This document shows positions 47,431 to 60,300 of a stretch of 64,000 bases of DNA, one piece after another (position 1 is the first letter of the stretch; each line of letters starts with the position of its first letter). The stretch spans positions 85,622,001 through 85,686,000 of the forward strand of contig CM075977.1 in NCBI GenBank assembly GCA_038087875.1, in the 5' to 3' direction. The notes under the pieces are model-generated. The model ran no database searches and was not told the origin of the DNA. It worked only from the letters and a program-made list of their open reading frames with translations. This DNA comes from Malacoraja senta (Eukaryota). The position numbers and the translations under genes are program-made.

Positions 47431-48172
47431 GGGTGGCGCCAACAAGTGGCTGCCTCGCCAACAGTCTGTCTGTCCTTTCTTCTGTTTTTGTTATTTTAAA
47501 TATGTGTTAAAGAGTATGTTTTAGTGTTCCTTGATTTGTTTTATGTGGGGGGTTAGGGGGGTGTGGCTGGGAGAAACTTTTTTCAATCTCTTACCTTGAC
47601 GGAATGCGATTTTATTTCGTATCGTATCTCTGTCCCCACTGCGTCCTAACATCGTGGAGTGGTGCGGCCTTTCCTGGAGACCAACTCAGCGTTTCAACCA
47701 CGGGCGCGGCATGGACTTACCATCGTGGAGCTTGCGATCCCTTTGCCGGGGATCGACTGTGGAGAGCTCCAACCGCGTGCCTGTGGACTTTAACATCATG
47801 GAGCCCGCGGTCCCTGGTTAGAGACCGATTCGGGAGCTCCAATCTGTGGAGAGTTTCAACTGTCCTGACCAGGGAGTTTCGATCACCCCGACACGAGGGC
47901 TTCGGATCGCCGGCTGCGGGAGCTTTGATGCCCCCGACTGCGGATGGTTCGAAAGCCCCGACCGCGGGAGAATAAAGAGGGAGAAGATTGGACTTTATTA
48001 CTTCCCATCACAGTGAGGAATGTGGGGAGCCGCTGTGGTGGATGTTTATGTTAACTTTTATTTTATGTGTCTTGTTGTTTTTCACTTAGTATGGATGTTT
48101 GGTAACTCAAATTTCACTGTACCTTAATTGGTACATGTGACAATAAACTGACCTTGAAACCTTGAAACCTTG
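47431..48172 (+). mobile_element. Apparently full-length GC-rich non-coding retroelement (~740 bp)
   Basis: Starts GGGTGGCGCC. GC-rich body with degenerate ~24-bp repeats, stem 48005-48041, terminal hairpin 48114-48140, AATAAA and a (CCTTGAAA)n tail. Confidence 0.75.
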
Positions 48173-48209
48173 ATGCCTACGTCTGCTGAGATGAGGTCTT
48201 GGGTATATC

Positions 48210-48330
48210 GGGTCTGAAGAAAGATACCAACCCAAAATGTCATCTGTCCATTCCCTCCACTGACCCACTGAGCGCCTCCAGCATTTAGCTTTTTGCTCAA
48301 TATGTTCACATCTGCAGTTTCTTGTGTCTC
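48210..48330 (+). mobile_element. Degenerate Penelope-like short element
   Basis: GGGTCTGAAGAAAG...CCCAAAATGTCATC...CATCTGCAGTTTCTTGTGTCTC. Confidence 0.6.
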
Positions 48331-48870
48331 TGAAAGTAAGTATTAGATGTACACAGCGCATATAGTGAGCTCCCTCTTTGGCAAAGCAAAGCATAGTCAT
48401 TCATGGGCAACATAACACAATTAATCCAAGGCCTTGCATATTATTTGAAAGTAAGAGAATATCACATTACCAACTATGAGTATTTGTAATTTGTATTTTC
48501 TGCACCTTTTACAGATGTGGACCTCTTCCCCACCGCATTAAAAAAAAAAGCCCAATCATGGTGGCCTATCCACCATATTCAAGTGGTGTGACAGCACTTT
48601 GGAATTTCATATCTTGTGCCTAATCTAATTTATGTTACAACATCATACATAGAAATATGATTAACCTGTAAAATGTACATTCATTGTTTCTGCTCAATTG
48701 TCCACTTACTTTTGAATAAATCTGTACTGTATGTCCGATGTTAATGAGGAACTGTCTCGTGATATTAATCTTTGTATGGTTTTAACCGATGACACAAATG
48801 ATCAAACACATACAAAAGAGCAAGGAGCAGTACACCGTGGCAGCCATCGTCAGCACCAGCAGCAGCAAGT

Positions 48871-49264
48871 AGTCTTATTGAAACATATATGATTATTAAG
48901 GGATTGGGCACACTAGAGGCAGGAAACATGTTCCCGATGTTGGGGGAGTCCAGAACCAGGGGTCACAGTTTATGGATAAGGGTAGGCCATATAGAACGGA
49001 GATGAGGAAAAACTTTCACCCAGAGAGTTGTGAATCTGTGGAATTTTCTGCCTCAGAAGGCAGTGGAGGCCAATTCTCTGGATGCTTTCAAGAGAGAGTT
49101 AGATGGAGCTCTTAAAGATGGCGGAGTCAAGGGATATGGGGAGAAGGCAGGAATGGGGTACTGATTGTGGATGATCAGCTATGATCACAGTGAATGGCGG
49201 TGCTGGCTCGAAGGGCCGAATGGCCTACTCCTGCACCTATAGTCTATTGTCTATTGTCTATTGT
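48871..49264 (+). mobile_element. CR1 3' end
   Basis: ESRTRGHSL and TQRVVNLWN-type sequence, GGGCCGAATGGCCTACTCCTGC, (CTATTGT)n tail. Confidence 0.88.
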
Positions 49265-50460
49265 AAAACAAAAACGCTAGTCATTTCCAAAATGGACGGC
49301 TGGCATTCGTGGGACCATATAATTTGACTAGGCTGCTGGAACGCCTTATTCAAAATTGACCAACCATTACACAACTGCACAGAGAACAGGGCTTGGCATT
49401 TGGGAGTAGTCTGGTTCCAAAGGAAAGTATTCAAATACCCACAAACATAACAGTGATGGCACCGTACAATAGTGTTAACTCGCAGATCCTCGGGCTATAC
49501 TGGCTGAAGGAGAAAGTTTTAATTAACTGAAATGACATAAAATTGTACAAGCACTCAAATGAAATGAAAGAGCAGTGTGGTAGGATTAAATACAATCCAG
49601 ACCTGTAAGTAATCAGAGAATCCTTTAAATAGTATTGGTGGAGAGTGGAGGGTAGGATCGAGTGGAGATGGGGCTTGCTCCAGCTGCTAAACACCAGGTT
49701 CTCAGCTAAAATCTGACACAATGGAGATGGATTTTGCACCACCAAGATATTTCTTCTTTTTAACTCCTCTCTGCAGAGAGATGGTAATGACCTACAAGCG
49801 AGATGGTGATCCTTTGACTTTCCAGCTGTTGTTAAGTCATGTTCTTGGAAAATGTGGGAACATCTAATCTTAAAGAAGAGCAAAAGAAGGAGAGGACAGT
49901 CAGTTCTTGCAATGGGCAATGTACAATTTGTATTCTTTTGTACCGTGCCTATTAAATCGTCTTGTTTCGGCAAGAACCACAGATAACAAACTCAGAAAGG
50001 GAACATTTTGTTAACATTTATATGACTTGCTTAAAACCACAGAATATCAGTTCAACGTAGGATTATCAACACATTGGAGGCAATTCTGGAGGTTGATCCA
50101 TGCGATTTTAACAAAATAATGCCCATTCACTGCCAATGTGATGTCTACTTACAAGATGTTAATCATGTACGATCCGCTTATATGACTTCCACAAACATTT
50201 AAAACTCTACATTGGGTTTAACATGTTGTGTGAAGACAACATTTCTCAATGAAAGCATTTATCCTCTGCATAAACTGAACAGGACACTTGAAGTGCTAAC
50301 CTAAATATGTATGCGTCAAACATTGTGAGAGTTCTAGCCTCCACCAGACACTCAGGCAGCTTCCAAACTTCCACCCAAGGTCACATTGAAAAATTGTCAT
50401 CAAATTCCCCTTGATTAGTTTGGGGAGAAAACACATGAATGGGATTGAGTGGGAAAGATA

Positions 50461-51487
50461 GAGTGCCCTCCATAATGTTTTGGACAAAGACCCATCATTT
50501 ATTTGTTTGCCTCTGTACTCCACAATTTGAGATTTGTAATTTTAAAAAAATCACATGTGGTTAAAGTGCACACTGTCAGACTTTTATTAAAGGCCATTTT
50601 TATATATATTTTGGTTTCACCATGTAGAAATTACAGCTGTGTTTATACACGGTTCCCCAATTTCAGGGCACCATAATGTTTGGGACACATGGCTTCACAG
50701 GCATTTGTAATTTCTCAGGTATGTTTAATTGCCTCTTTAATGCAGGTATAAGAGAGCTCACAGCACCTAGTCTTTCCTCCAGTCTTTCCATCACCTTTGG
50801 AAACTTTGAGGACCAACATGAGGACCAAAGTTGTGCCAATGAAAGTCAAAGAAGCCATCATGAGAATGAGAAACAAGAATAAAACTGTTAGAGACATCAG
50901 CCTGTTCCAATCAACTGTTTGGAACATCATTAAAAAGAAAGAGAGCACTGGTGAGCTTACTAATCGCAAAGGGACTGGCAGGCCAAGGAAGACCTCCACA
51001 GCTGATGACAGGAGAATTCTCTCTAGAATAAAGAAAAATCCCCAAACACCTGTCGACAGATCAGAAACACACTTCAGGAGTAAGGTGTGGATTTGTCAAT
51101 GACCACTGTCCGCAGAAGACTTCATGAACAGAAATACAGAGGCTACACTACAAGATGCAAACCACTGGTTAGCTGCAAAAATAGGATAGCCAGGTTACAG
51201 ATTACCAAGAAGTAATTAAAAGAGCAAAGTGATGGGAAGAGCAAAGTATGGAGGAGAGAAGGAAATGCCCAAGATCCAAAGCATACCACCTCATCTGTGA
51301 AACACGGTGGTCGGGGTGTTATGGTCTGGGCATGGATGGCTGCTGAAGGAACTGGCTCACTTATCTTCATTGATGATACACCTGCTGGTGGTAGTAGCAT
51401 AGTAAATTCTGAAGTGTATAGACACATCCTATGTGCTCAAGTTCAAACATTGGCTGGCGGTTAATTCTACAGCAAGACAATGATCCT
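50461..51487 (+). mobile_element. Tc1-family DNA transposon remnant (left IR/DR end, decayed transposase)
   Basis: TA then (C>G)AGTGCCCTCC. Direct repeat CCATAATGTTT(T/G)GGACA at 50470 and 50671. Transposase motifs GRPRKT, VKHGG.GVMVW and QQDND. Right end missing. Confidence 0.85.
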
Positions 51488-51979
51488 TGGACATATATAA
51501 CAAGCTTCCTCTGTCACTTGGTACTTCCCAGGGTTCTACCATTTATCCATTAATCTCCAAAATTGGCTTAGCTTACATTTTTCTGGATTAAATTCCATTT
51601 GCCTTGGATATTCTCATCAAACCGACTTATCAATGTCATTCTGCAGTCAATGACTGCCCTCTTCACTAGCAACAATATCACCATATTTTATTTAATCTAC
51701 CTTGTCAATCCATTACTGAATATTGGATTTATAAAATCACCTCTTACTCCAACGTACCAAAGAGTTAAGGTTAATCTTATTTAATTTATTTTCAAAGCAA
51801 TTGACATCTTGTAAATGAATTATTGGAATAGAACTTTCACTGAAGGATGAAGCTAAAATAATAAGAAGATAAAATAGATGAATTAGAAAAACTAAAATAA
51901 GTTAAATCCCCAGCTCTGCTGTATTATATACAAGGAAGCTAAAGGTATGAGAATGGTACTAGATTATCTCACACAGGTA

Positions 51980-53184
51980 CAGTGCATTCAGAAAGTATTC
52001 AGACCCCTTCACTTTTTCCACATTTTGTTACGGTACAGCCTTATTTTAAAATTGATTACATTATTTTTTTAAATCGTCAATCTACATACAATACCCCAGA
52101 ATGAAGAAGTGAAAACAGGTGTTCAGAAATTTTTGCAAAGCAAGTAAAAATAAATAACTGAAATATCACATTTACATAACTATTCAGACCCTTTACTATG
52201 ACACTCAAAATTAAGATTAGGTTCATCCTGTTTCCATTGATTATCCTTGAGATGTTTCTACAACCTGATTGGAGCCCACCAGTGGTAAATTAAATTGATT
52301 GGACATGATTTGGAAAGGCACACACCTGTCTATATAAGGTCCCACGGTTGACACTGCATGTCAGAGCAAAAACCACCGTAGACCTCCGAGGCAGGATTGT
52401 GTCGAGACACAGATCTGGGGAAGGGTATAAAACAATTTCTGCAGCATTGCAGGTCCCGTAGAGCACAGTGGCCTCTGTCATTCTTAAATGGAAGAACTTT
52501 GGAACCATCATAGAGCTGGCCGCCCGGCCAGACTGAGCAATCGGGGGAGTAGGGCCTTGGTCAGGGAGGTGACCAAGAACCTGATGGTCACTCTGACAGA
52601 GCTCCAGAGTTTCCCTGTGGAGATTGGAGAACCTTCTGGAAGGACAACTATATCTGCGGCACTCCACCAAGCAGGCCTTTATGGTAGAGTGGCCGGACGG
52701 AAGCCACTCCTCAGTAAAATGCACATGACAGCCCGCTTGGAGTTTGACAAAAGGGTCATTTTCTCTGCTGCTCTGTTCTGATGAAACCAAGATTGAACTC
52801 TTTGGCCTGAATGCCAAGCGTCACGTCTGGAGGTAACCATGCACCGCTCTTCACCTGCCCAATACCATACCTACAGTGAAGCATGGTGGTGGCAGCATCA
52901 TGCTGTGGGGATTTTTTTCAGTGTCAGGAAATGGGAGACTAGTCAGGATCTAGAGAAAGATGAACAGAGCAAAGTACAGAGAGATCCTTGATGAAAACCT
53001 ACTCCACAGTGTTCTGGAGCTCAGACTGGGTTGGAGGTCCACCATCCAACAGGACAACGGCCCTAAGCACACAGCCTGTAGATTTATGATTTTTTTTTAA
53101 AGAATTTAATCCATTTTAGAATACGGCTGTAATATAACAAAATGTGGAAAAGTGAAGGGGTCTGAATACTTCCTGAATACACTG
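51980..53184 (+). mobile_element. Tc1-family DNA transposon, internally deleted, both TIRs present
   Basis: TA|CAGTGCATTCAGAAAGTATTCAGACCCC ... GGGGTCTGAATACTTCCTGAATACACTG|TA. Motifs [30 protein letters not shown] and QQDN.PKH. Confidence 0.93.
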
Positions 53185-53278
53185 TATGTGAGGATAGGAG
53201 CAGGAGCTAAAAGATCTAAAATCTATATTAAAGCAACTTACAAAAGAAGATCTATAAGTTTAATATATTATTGGATGG

Positions 53279-53301
53279 ATTAGATAGATAGATAGATAGA
53301 T
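53279..53301 (+). repeat. (TAGA)n microsatellite
   Basis: TAGATAGATAGATAGATAGA, probably a retroelement tail. Confidence 0.8.
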
Positions 53302-53568
53302 TCCTTTTTTGTCATAGATTGGAGATTGTCATAGATAGATAGATTCTTGAAACCTGAGAGAATTCTTTGACCTCGGAGCAGAAAGCATGCACAACAACAA
53401 ACAATGTAGTAGATATCATGCACACGCATTTACAAATATAAATTAGACTTCCCATTCATTTCTGGGCTGTAATATTCATTGATTTCCTACCTGAGTGTAA
53501 GAAAGTACGGCAACCCAGCCTAACTCCAAACACGTCTGAAGAGTTTCTCTCAATCTCTCTGGCAAATA

Positions 53569-53899
53569 GGATGGCACAATGGTGCAGTGGTAGAGTTGCT
53601 GCCTTACTGACACATGCACAAGAACAGACCCGATTAAATCCTAGCTACCGGTTCTGTCTGTACACAGTTTGTACGTTTTCCCCATGACCACATAAGTTTA
53701 CTCCGGGGACTCTGGTTTCCTCCCACACTCCAAAGACGTACAGGTTTGTAGGTTAATTGGCTTGTTATTATAGTAAATTGTCCCTAGTGTGTGTAGGATA
53801 ATGTAGGTGTGCGGGGATCGTTGATCGGCATGGACTTGGTGGGCCGAAGGGCCTGTTTCCGTACTGTATCTCTAAACTAAACTAAACTAAAACTAAAAA
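53569..53899 (+). mobile_element. V-SINE (HE1-like), full length
   Basis: tRNA-like head, V-core, tail GGGCCGAAGGGCCTGTTTCC...(CTAAA)n. Confidence 0.9.
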
Positions 53900-54861
53900 T
53901 CTCTTAGATGTAGAAGGACATGTGAGTGGCCCTCACATGCACTGATGATGCAAGCATCAAAAGAGAATCCCCAAAACAGTCCATTCAACAACAGAGACAT
54001 ACACAAGAACAGAAGAACACAGGAGAAGCCACCTGGACCTTAATCCCTACCCTGAGTTCAATATTTTCATGGCTGATCAGACCAGGCCTCAACTTCACTT
54101 CTTTGACAGTTCATGATGGCCCTCAATCCCCTACCTTCTCTTTAAATAATTGCATTGATCCAGCCTCTACAACCCTCCAGAAAATCATCAGCCACCACAA
54201 GAAGTAATTCCTATGCAAAACAGTTTTAAGGGGCTTCATCCTGTAATTATGTCTCCTTGTTCAAAACTCTCCCACTAATGGAAACATTTTTACATCCACT
54301 CTGTCATCTGCTTCAGGATCCTACTTGTTAAATAATATCACCCCTCATTCTTCCAATTTCTAAAGAATACAGATCCTTTTATGCCTTTTATTAATAAGGA
54401 ATCTGGGGGAAAATGTACCAGGCTTAAGCCATCCAAATGTTTATTTTTAATTGATTGGGATCTTGGAAACGGAACAGTATTAAATTCCATCACAAAATGT
54501 AGGAAGATTTAGGAAATCAAACATTCATCCAATATCAAAAATGGCAACATACTGCTTCCTTTAAAATTATGGAATGTGTCAAATATGTTTTTGTATGTAC
54601 AGTGCAACTACACTTGCAGACTTGAAAACTATACAAGGAATTACAGTACAGTTAATTCTATAAACAAAAAGAAGGCGAATGGGCTCACTTAATAGTAACA
54701 CCAGCAAGAGAGCAAGTATGTTTTAATGCCAACAAAACCATATTGGATGCCTTCTGCTTCAATGCTAAGTAGTGATGAAGCATGAGTATACTGTGGGAGA
54801 GCTGAGTGTTGCTGGGTGATAGACAAAGAATGGCCACCCTGCCATCAATTCATTAAAGAAT

Positions 54862-55272
54862 TATAGAAACATTTAAAATTCTTAAGGGATTGGACAGGCT
54901 AGATGCAGGAAAAATGTTCCCGATGTTGGGGGAGTCCAGAACCAGGGGTCACAGTTTAAGAATAAGGGGTAGGCCATTTAGGACAGACCTGAGAAAAAAC
55001 ATTTTCATCTAGAGAGTTGTGAATCTGTGGAAGTCTCTACCACAGAAGGCAGTGGAGGCCAATTCACTGGATGTTTTCAAGAGAGAGTTAGATATAGCTC
55101 TTCGGGAGCTATCAACGGACTAGCGGAATAACGCAATCAAGGGATATGGGGAGAAAGCAGGAACGGGATACTGATTTTGGATGATCAGCCATGATCATAT
55201 TGAATGGCGGTGCTGGCTTGAAGGGCCGAATGGCCTACTCCTGCACCTATTTTCTATGTTTCTATGTTTCTA
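54862..55272 (+). mobile_element. CR1 3' end
   Basis: Same subfamily as 48871-49264, with a (TTTCTATG)n tail. Confidence 0.88.
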
Positions 55273-55280
55273 TTCAGGTT

Positions 55281-55412
55281 GTGTAGGAAAGAACTGCAGA
55301 TGCTGATTTAAATCGAAGATAGACACAAAATGCTGGAGAAACTCAGCGGGACTTGCAGCATCTCTGGAGAGAAGGAATGGGTGATGTTTCGGATCGAGAC
55401 TTCTTCAGACCC
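55281..55412 (-). mobile_element. Penelope-like short element (132 bp) ending in a hammerhead motif
   Basis: Perfect 14-bp TSD TTTCTATTCAGGTT at 55267-55280 and 55413-55426. Minus strand begins GGGT-CTGAAGA...GAAA-CA-TC-ACCC. Confidence 0.8.
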
Positions 55413-55586
55413 TTTCTATTCAGGTTCATTTGCTCATTGGCTGCACATACCTTTGATTGGACATCTGACATGATAGATGTTTTGGAGAACCTTTTTGGTT
55501 AAATAAGTAAGGAGACTTGTTACAACTATCCAATGACATTTCTTTGAAAACAGACCAAAATTGAAGCAAAATACCTTAATGTTATT

Positions 55587-55783
55587 GTTTAGTTTAGTTA
55601 AGAGATACAGCGCAGAAGCAGGTACTTCGGCCCACCAAGTCTGCACCGACTAGCGATTCCAACACATTAACACTATCCTATACACACTCGGGACAATTTA
55701 CATTTATACCAAGCCAATTAACCTACAAACCTGTACAACTTTGGAGGTGGGAGGAAGCGGAAGAAAACCCTGGGGGAGAATGT
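55587..55783 (-). mobile_element. V-SINE, 3' half
   Basis: Tail and V-domain remnant. Confidence 0.8.
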
Positions 55784-55784
55784 A

Positions 55785-56687
55785 TGACACAAAAGTGGGT
55801 GGTAATGTAGATAGTGAAGATGGTTGTCGAAAATTACAGCAGGATCTTGATCAATTGGGCAGATGGGCTGAGGAATGTTTGGTGGAATTTAATACAGATA
55901 CCTATGAGGTGTTGCATTTTGGGAAGTAACATGGTCAGGACCTACACAGTGAATGGTAGGGCTCTATGAAGTGATATAGAGCAAAGGGATCTAGGAGTAC
56001 AGGGATATGGTTTGTTGAAAGTGGTACCATAGATTGCTAAGGTGGTCAAAAGGGCTTTTGACACATTGGCTTCATCATTCAGAGTATTGAGTATAGACGT
56101 TGGGAGGTCATGTTGCAGTTATATAAGATATTGGTGAGGCCACATTTAGAGTATTGTGTTCAGTTCTGCACACCACATAATAGGAAAGATGATGTTAAGC
56201 TTGAAAGGGTGCAGAGAGGATTTACAAGGACGTTGCCAGAATTCGAGGATCTGAACTATAGGGAGAGGATGAGTCGGATAGAACTTTATTCCTTGGAGTG
56301 CAGGAGGATGAGGGGTGATCTTATAGAGGTCTCCAAAATCATGAAAGGAATAGATCAGGTAGACGCACAGAGTCTCTTGCCCAGAGTAAGGGAATCGAGA
56401 ACGAGAGGACATAGGTTTAAGGTGAGGGGGGAAAGATTTAATAGGAACCGGAGGGGTAACTTTTTCGCACAAAGGGTGGTGGGTGTATGGAACTTGCTGC
56501 CGGAGGTGGTAGTTGAGGCAGATACGATTGAAACGTTTGAGAAACCATTAGACAGGTACATGGATAGGACAGGTTTAGAGGGATATGTGCCATATGCAGG
56601 CAGGTGGGACTAGTGTTGCTGGGACATGTTTGTCGGTATGGGCAAGTTTGGCTGAAGGGCCTGTTTCCACACTGGATCACTCTATGG
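55785..56687 (+). mobile_element. CR1 LINE 3' part
   Basis: MLQLYKILVRPHLEYCVQF...RRMRGDLIEV...FFAQRVVGVWNLLP, followed by a CR1 tail. Confidence 0.92.
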
Positions 56688-57074
56688 ATGGTCTCTCCAT
56701 GATTTTCTTGTATTTGTCGTATCGGATGAAACAGCAAAGGAAGTAGATCGACCATAAAGAGAACCTGCCCATCTTCTCTCTTGGGAGAGGCACTATAATT
56801 AGTTAAATCTGAGATCCTGTGGCTGCTAATTGCTTCTGTTTAGGGAAAGTTAATCACCTATTAAAGCTAACATTGAAACAAATTCCCTCTTTGCCTTGGG
56901 AAGTTATCAGAATGAGTGTCAATTTTACTTTTTTAACTTTTATTTTTCAAAATCTGCCATTGATTGTTAGTCTGCCTCTCACGTAATTTAGTATACCAAT
57001 CTTGCAATGTAGCTCCTCAACGACCTGCCACCCGCATCCCACCATGACCTGCAGACTGACCCAGACAACATCTT

Positions 57075-57202
57075 GTGTAGGATTGAACTGCAGATGCTTG
57101 TTTAAACCAAAGATAGACACTAAATGCTGGAGTAACTAGCGGGACAGGCAGCATCTCCGGAGAGAAGGAATGGGTGACATTTCGGGTCGAGACCCTTCTT
57201 CA
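57075..57202 (-). mobile_element. Left arm of a palindromic Penelope-like element; right arm at 63128-63196
   Basis: The two arms are inverted copies. Outer flanks CCAGACAACATC (57061-57072) and CCAGAGAACCTC (63197-63208) match 10/12, consistent with an old TSD. Confidence 0.7.
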
Positions 57203-57348
57203 TAAGTTCATAAGTGATAGGAGCAGAAATAGGCCATTCAGCCCTTCAAGTCTTCTCCACCATTCAATCTAAGCTGATCTATCTCTCCCTCCTAACCCCA
57301 TTCTCCTGCCTTCTCCCCATAACCTCTGACACCCGTATTAATCAAGAA
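57203..57348 (-). mobile_element. CR1 3' tail fragment fused to the L1 3' end
   Basis: Reverse complement of the CR1 terminal region (GGGGAGAAGGCAGGAGAATGGGG...GAATGGCCTATTTCTGCTCCTATC). Confidence 0.8.
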
Positions 57349-60300
57349 GTCTTTGAATCGGTTTAATTCCAGAGTTGTGTTGCGCCATACTATACTTGTA
57401 ATGAATCAATGAAAGGAGACCATATCTTTAAAAATTGCTCTGATTTTCCTGCTAAGACGAGTCTCATATCTTCAAGATGTAGCGTCTCAAACATGCTTGT
57501 AATCCACATTTTGTGAGTTGGGGTATAAGCATTTTTCCAAGATTTAAGTATGTTTTTTTGCCATTATCAGGCCATAATTGAGGAAACATCTTTGAAATAT
57601 TGATAGCTCAGCGCAGACTCCTGTTATTCCAAAAATAATCAATTCTGTATGGGGGTCCAGTTTTGTTTTTTAATAATTTTGAGAAGATTTCAAAGATTCC
57701 TTTCCAAAATTTATGAAGTTTTATACAAGAGGCAAAGGAGTGTGTTATAGTTGCTTCTTGAGGTAGACATTTGTCGCAGATAGGAGATACATTTGGAAAA
57801 ATGTTGTTCACTTTAGTATTTAGGTAATATAGTCTGTGTAGTATTTTAAATTGGATTAGAATATGTCTTACATTAATCGAACAATTATGTACACATAGAA
57901 GATATTTTTCCCATCTGTCTTTGGAAATTTGTAAGCTTAATTCCTGTTCCCACTCTCTTCTAATTACATCTGACGATGGAATTTCTATATTTAAAAGGAT
58001 ATTGTACAAGTATGATATTAAATTATTTGACTGCGTTTCTATTCATACCTTCATCTAATATATCTGGCAACAGAGTTTGGTATTCGTGGGTATATGTTTT
58101 CAAATAATCTCTAATTTGAAGATATCTAAAATATTGATTACCTTTCAAATTGTATTTTGACTAATTTCTGGAATGATAAGAGGTTTCCCATTTCGTACAA
58201 ATCTCCAACCTTATTAATTCCTAGTCTTTCCCAATGAATAAATGTTTTATCTATAATAGATGGTTTGAACGACGGGTTATTAGCTATTGGGGAGAGAAGA
58301 GATAGATTTCTTATAAATTTTACTTGTCTCCAAATTTGTAAAGTACTATGAATAATTGGGTTTTTCTTGTATATTGTGTTCTTCAACTTTATTGGGGAGA
58401 GAAGGATCGCGCCTATATTAAAAGGCAGGCAATCCTCTCTCTCCATTACTAACCAATCTACCTGTTGATATGAATTATCCAGCCAGTGAATTACATTTTT
58501 AATATTCGCTGCCCAATAATAGTATAAGAAATTGGGGAGCGCCAATCCACCAATTTCTTTGGGTTTACATAGATGTCGTTTATGAATTCTATGTCATTTA
58601 TAATCCTAAATAAAATTTGTAATCTGGGCATCAAGTTTTTTTTTTAATTTTAGGTAAATATATCAGTATTGATTGAAATAAATAGAGAATTTGTGGGAGG
58701 AAAATCATTTTTATGGCATTTATTCTGCCTATTAGAGACATCGGAAGTGTTTTCCAGAATAGAATCAGAGCGTTTAATTTAGTAACTAAAGGCAGGAAGT
58801 TTGCATTGAATAAATAATTATATTTTCTGGTTACTTGGATACCCAGGTATTTAATTTTTTCTGTAGCAGTTCTAAAAGGAAATTTTAAAAGGTGTGTCGA
58901 CTCTTGGGGTTTTATCGCCATGATTTCACTTTTATTTCAGTTCATTCTATATCCTGAGAAAGAACCGAATTCCTCTATTAGATTTAATATATTTGGTATA
59001 CTAACTTGAGAGTTTGTAATGTATAATAATACGTCATCTGCATATAATGATATTTTATTATTAGAATGTTTAGTATTATAACCGTGAATATTCAGATGCA
59101 TTCTTATACTTTCCGCTAAGGGCTCTATCGCAAGGGCAAATAGCAGGGGTGATAATGCGCAACCCTGTCTATTGCCCCTGGATAAGTACAATTTCGGATA
59201 AAGTATGTGGTCGGTCAATATTCTAGCAGCCGGCCTGTCAAATAGTAATTTTATCCATGAAATAAAATTCGCTCCCATCTGAAATTTTTTGCAGTACTGT
59301 GAAGAGGTATTCCCATTCTACTTGGTCGAATGCTTTTTCTGCATCTAATGAAATAATTGATAAGTCTTCTTCTTCAATTTTGTGTAAATACATTATATTA
59401 AAAAGACGTCTCAAATTAGTAAATGAATTTCTCTTAGGTATAAACCCCGTTTGATCCGCATGTATTAATTTACTAACGTATTTACTTAATCTTCTTGCCA
59501 GAGTTTTCGCTAAAATTTTCTGATCTGTATTTACTAATGCAATTGCTCTGTATGAACCGGGGTCTTCTAGATCTTTATCTTTTTGGGGTATGAGTGTGAT
59601 AGTTGATTCCGCTAGTGTTTCTGGTAGTGTCTGTTCTTTAAATGCATATGTATAAAGCTTGTGTAAGCGTGGTGAAATTACCTCGTGAAATCTTTTATAA
59701 AATTCATTACTGAACCCATCTGGTCCCGGTGTTTTACCATTCTTCAGTGAGTTTATTGTCTCTTCTATTTCTTTGATTGAAACCTGTGCTCCTAATTCCT
59801 CTTGTTCCAACGGATTAAGTGTTGGGAGATTACAGTTGTCCAGAAAGTTTATAATTTTATTGCTGTCTGTTGATGTTTTGGATGTATATAAATTTTGATA
59901 AAATTGAGCAAATCTTTTGTTAATGTCTTTAGGCAGCATTAGCAATTCACCTTTATTTGATTTGATTTTTAGAATAGTGTGATCCTTTTCCACTTTTTTC
60001 AGCTGACGTGCCAAAAGTTTGTGTGGCTTATCGCCAAATTCGAAATTTTCCTGTTTTGTAATTTGAAATAATCTAATGACTCTTGCAGATAAAATTCGGT
60101 TTAGTTTAAATTTCAATATTGCTATCTTGTTGTGTTTATCTATAGTTGGATCTTTCGCGTTTTCTAAATCAACTCGTCTAATTTGTTCTTCTAGTTGCAA
60201 TTGTTCCGTCCTATTATTTTTATTTTGAAAAGCTTGGTATGAAATAATAGAACCTCTGATAAACGCCTTAAAGGATTCCCATAATAGGGAGGGTGAAATA

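Noticed and set aside
49431-49973. 180-aa minus-strand ORF
   Set aside because: Non-ATG start, no recognisable motif, and no splice context linking it to a gene.
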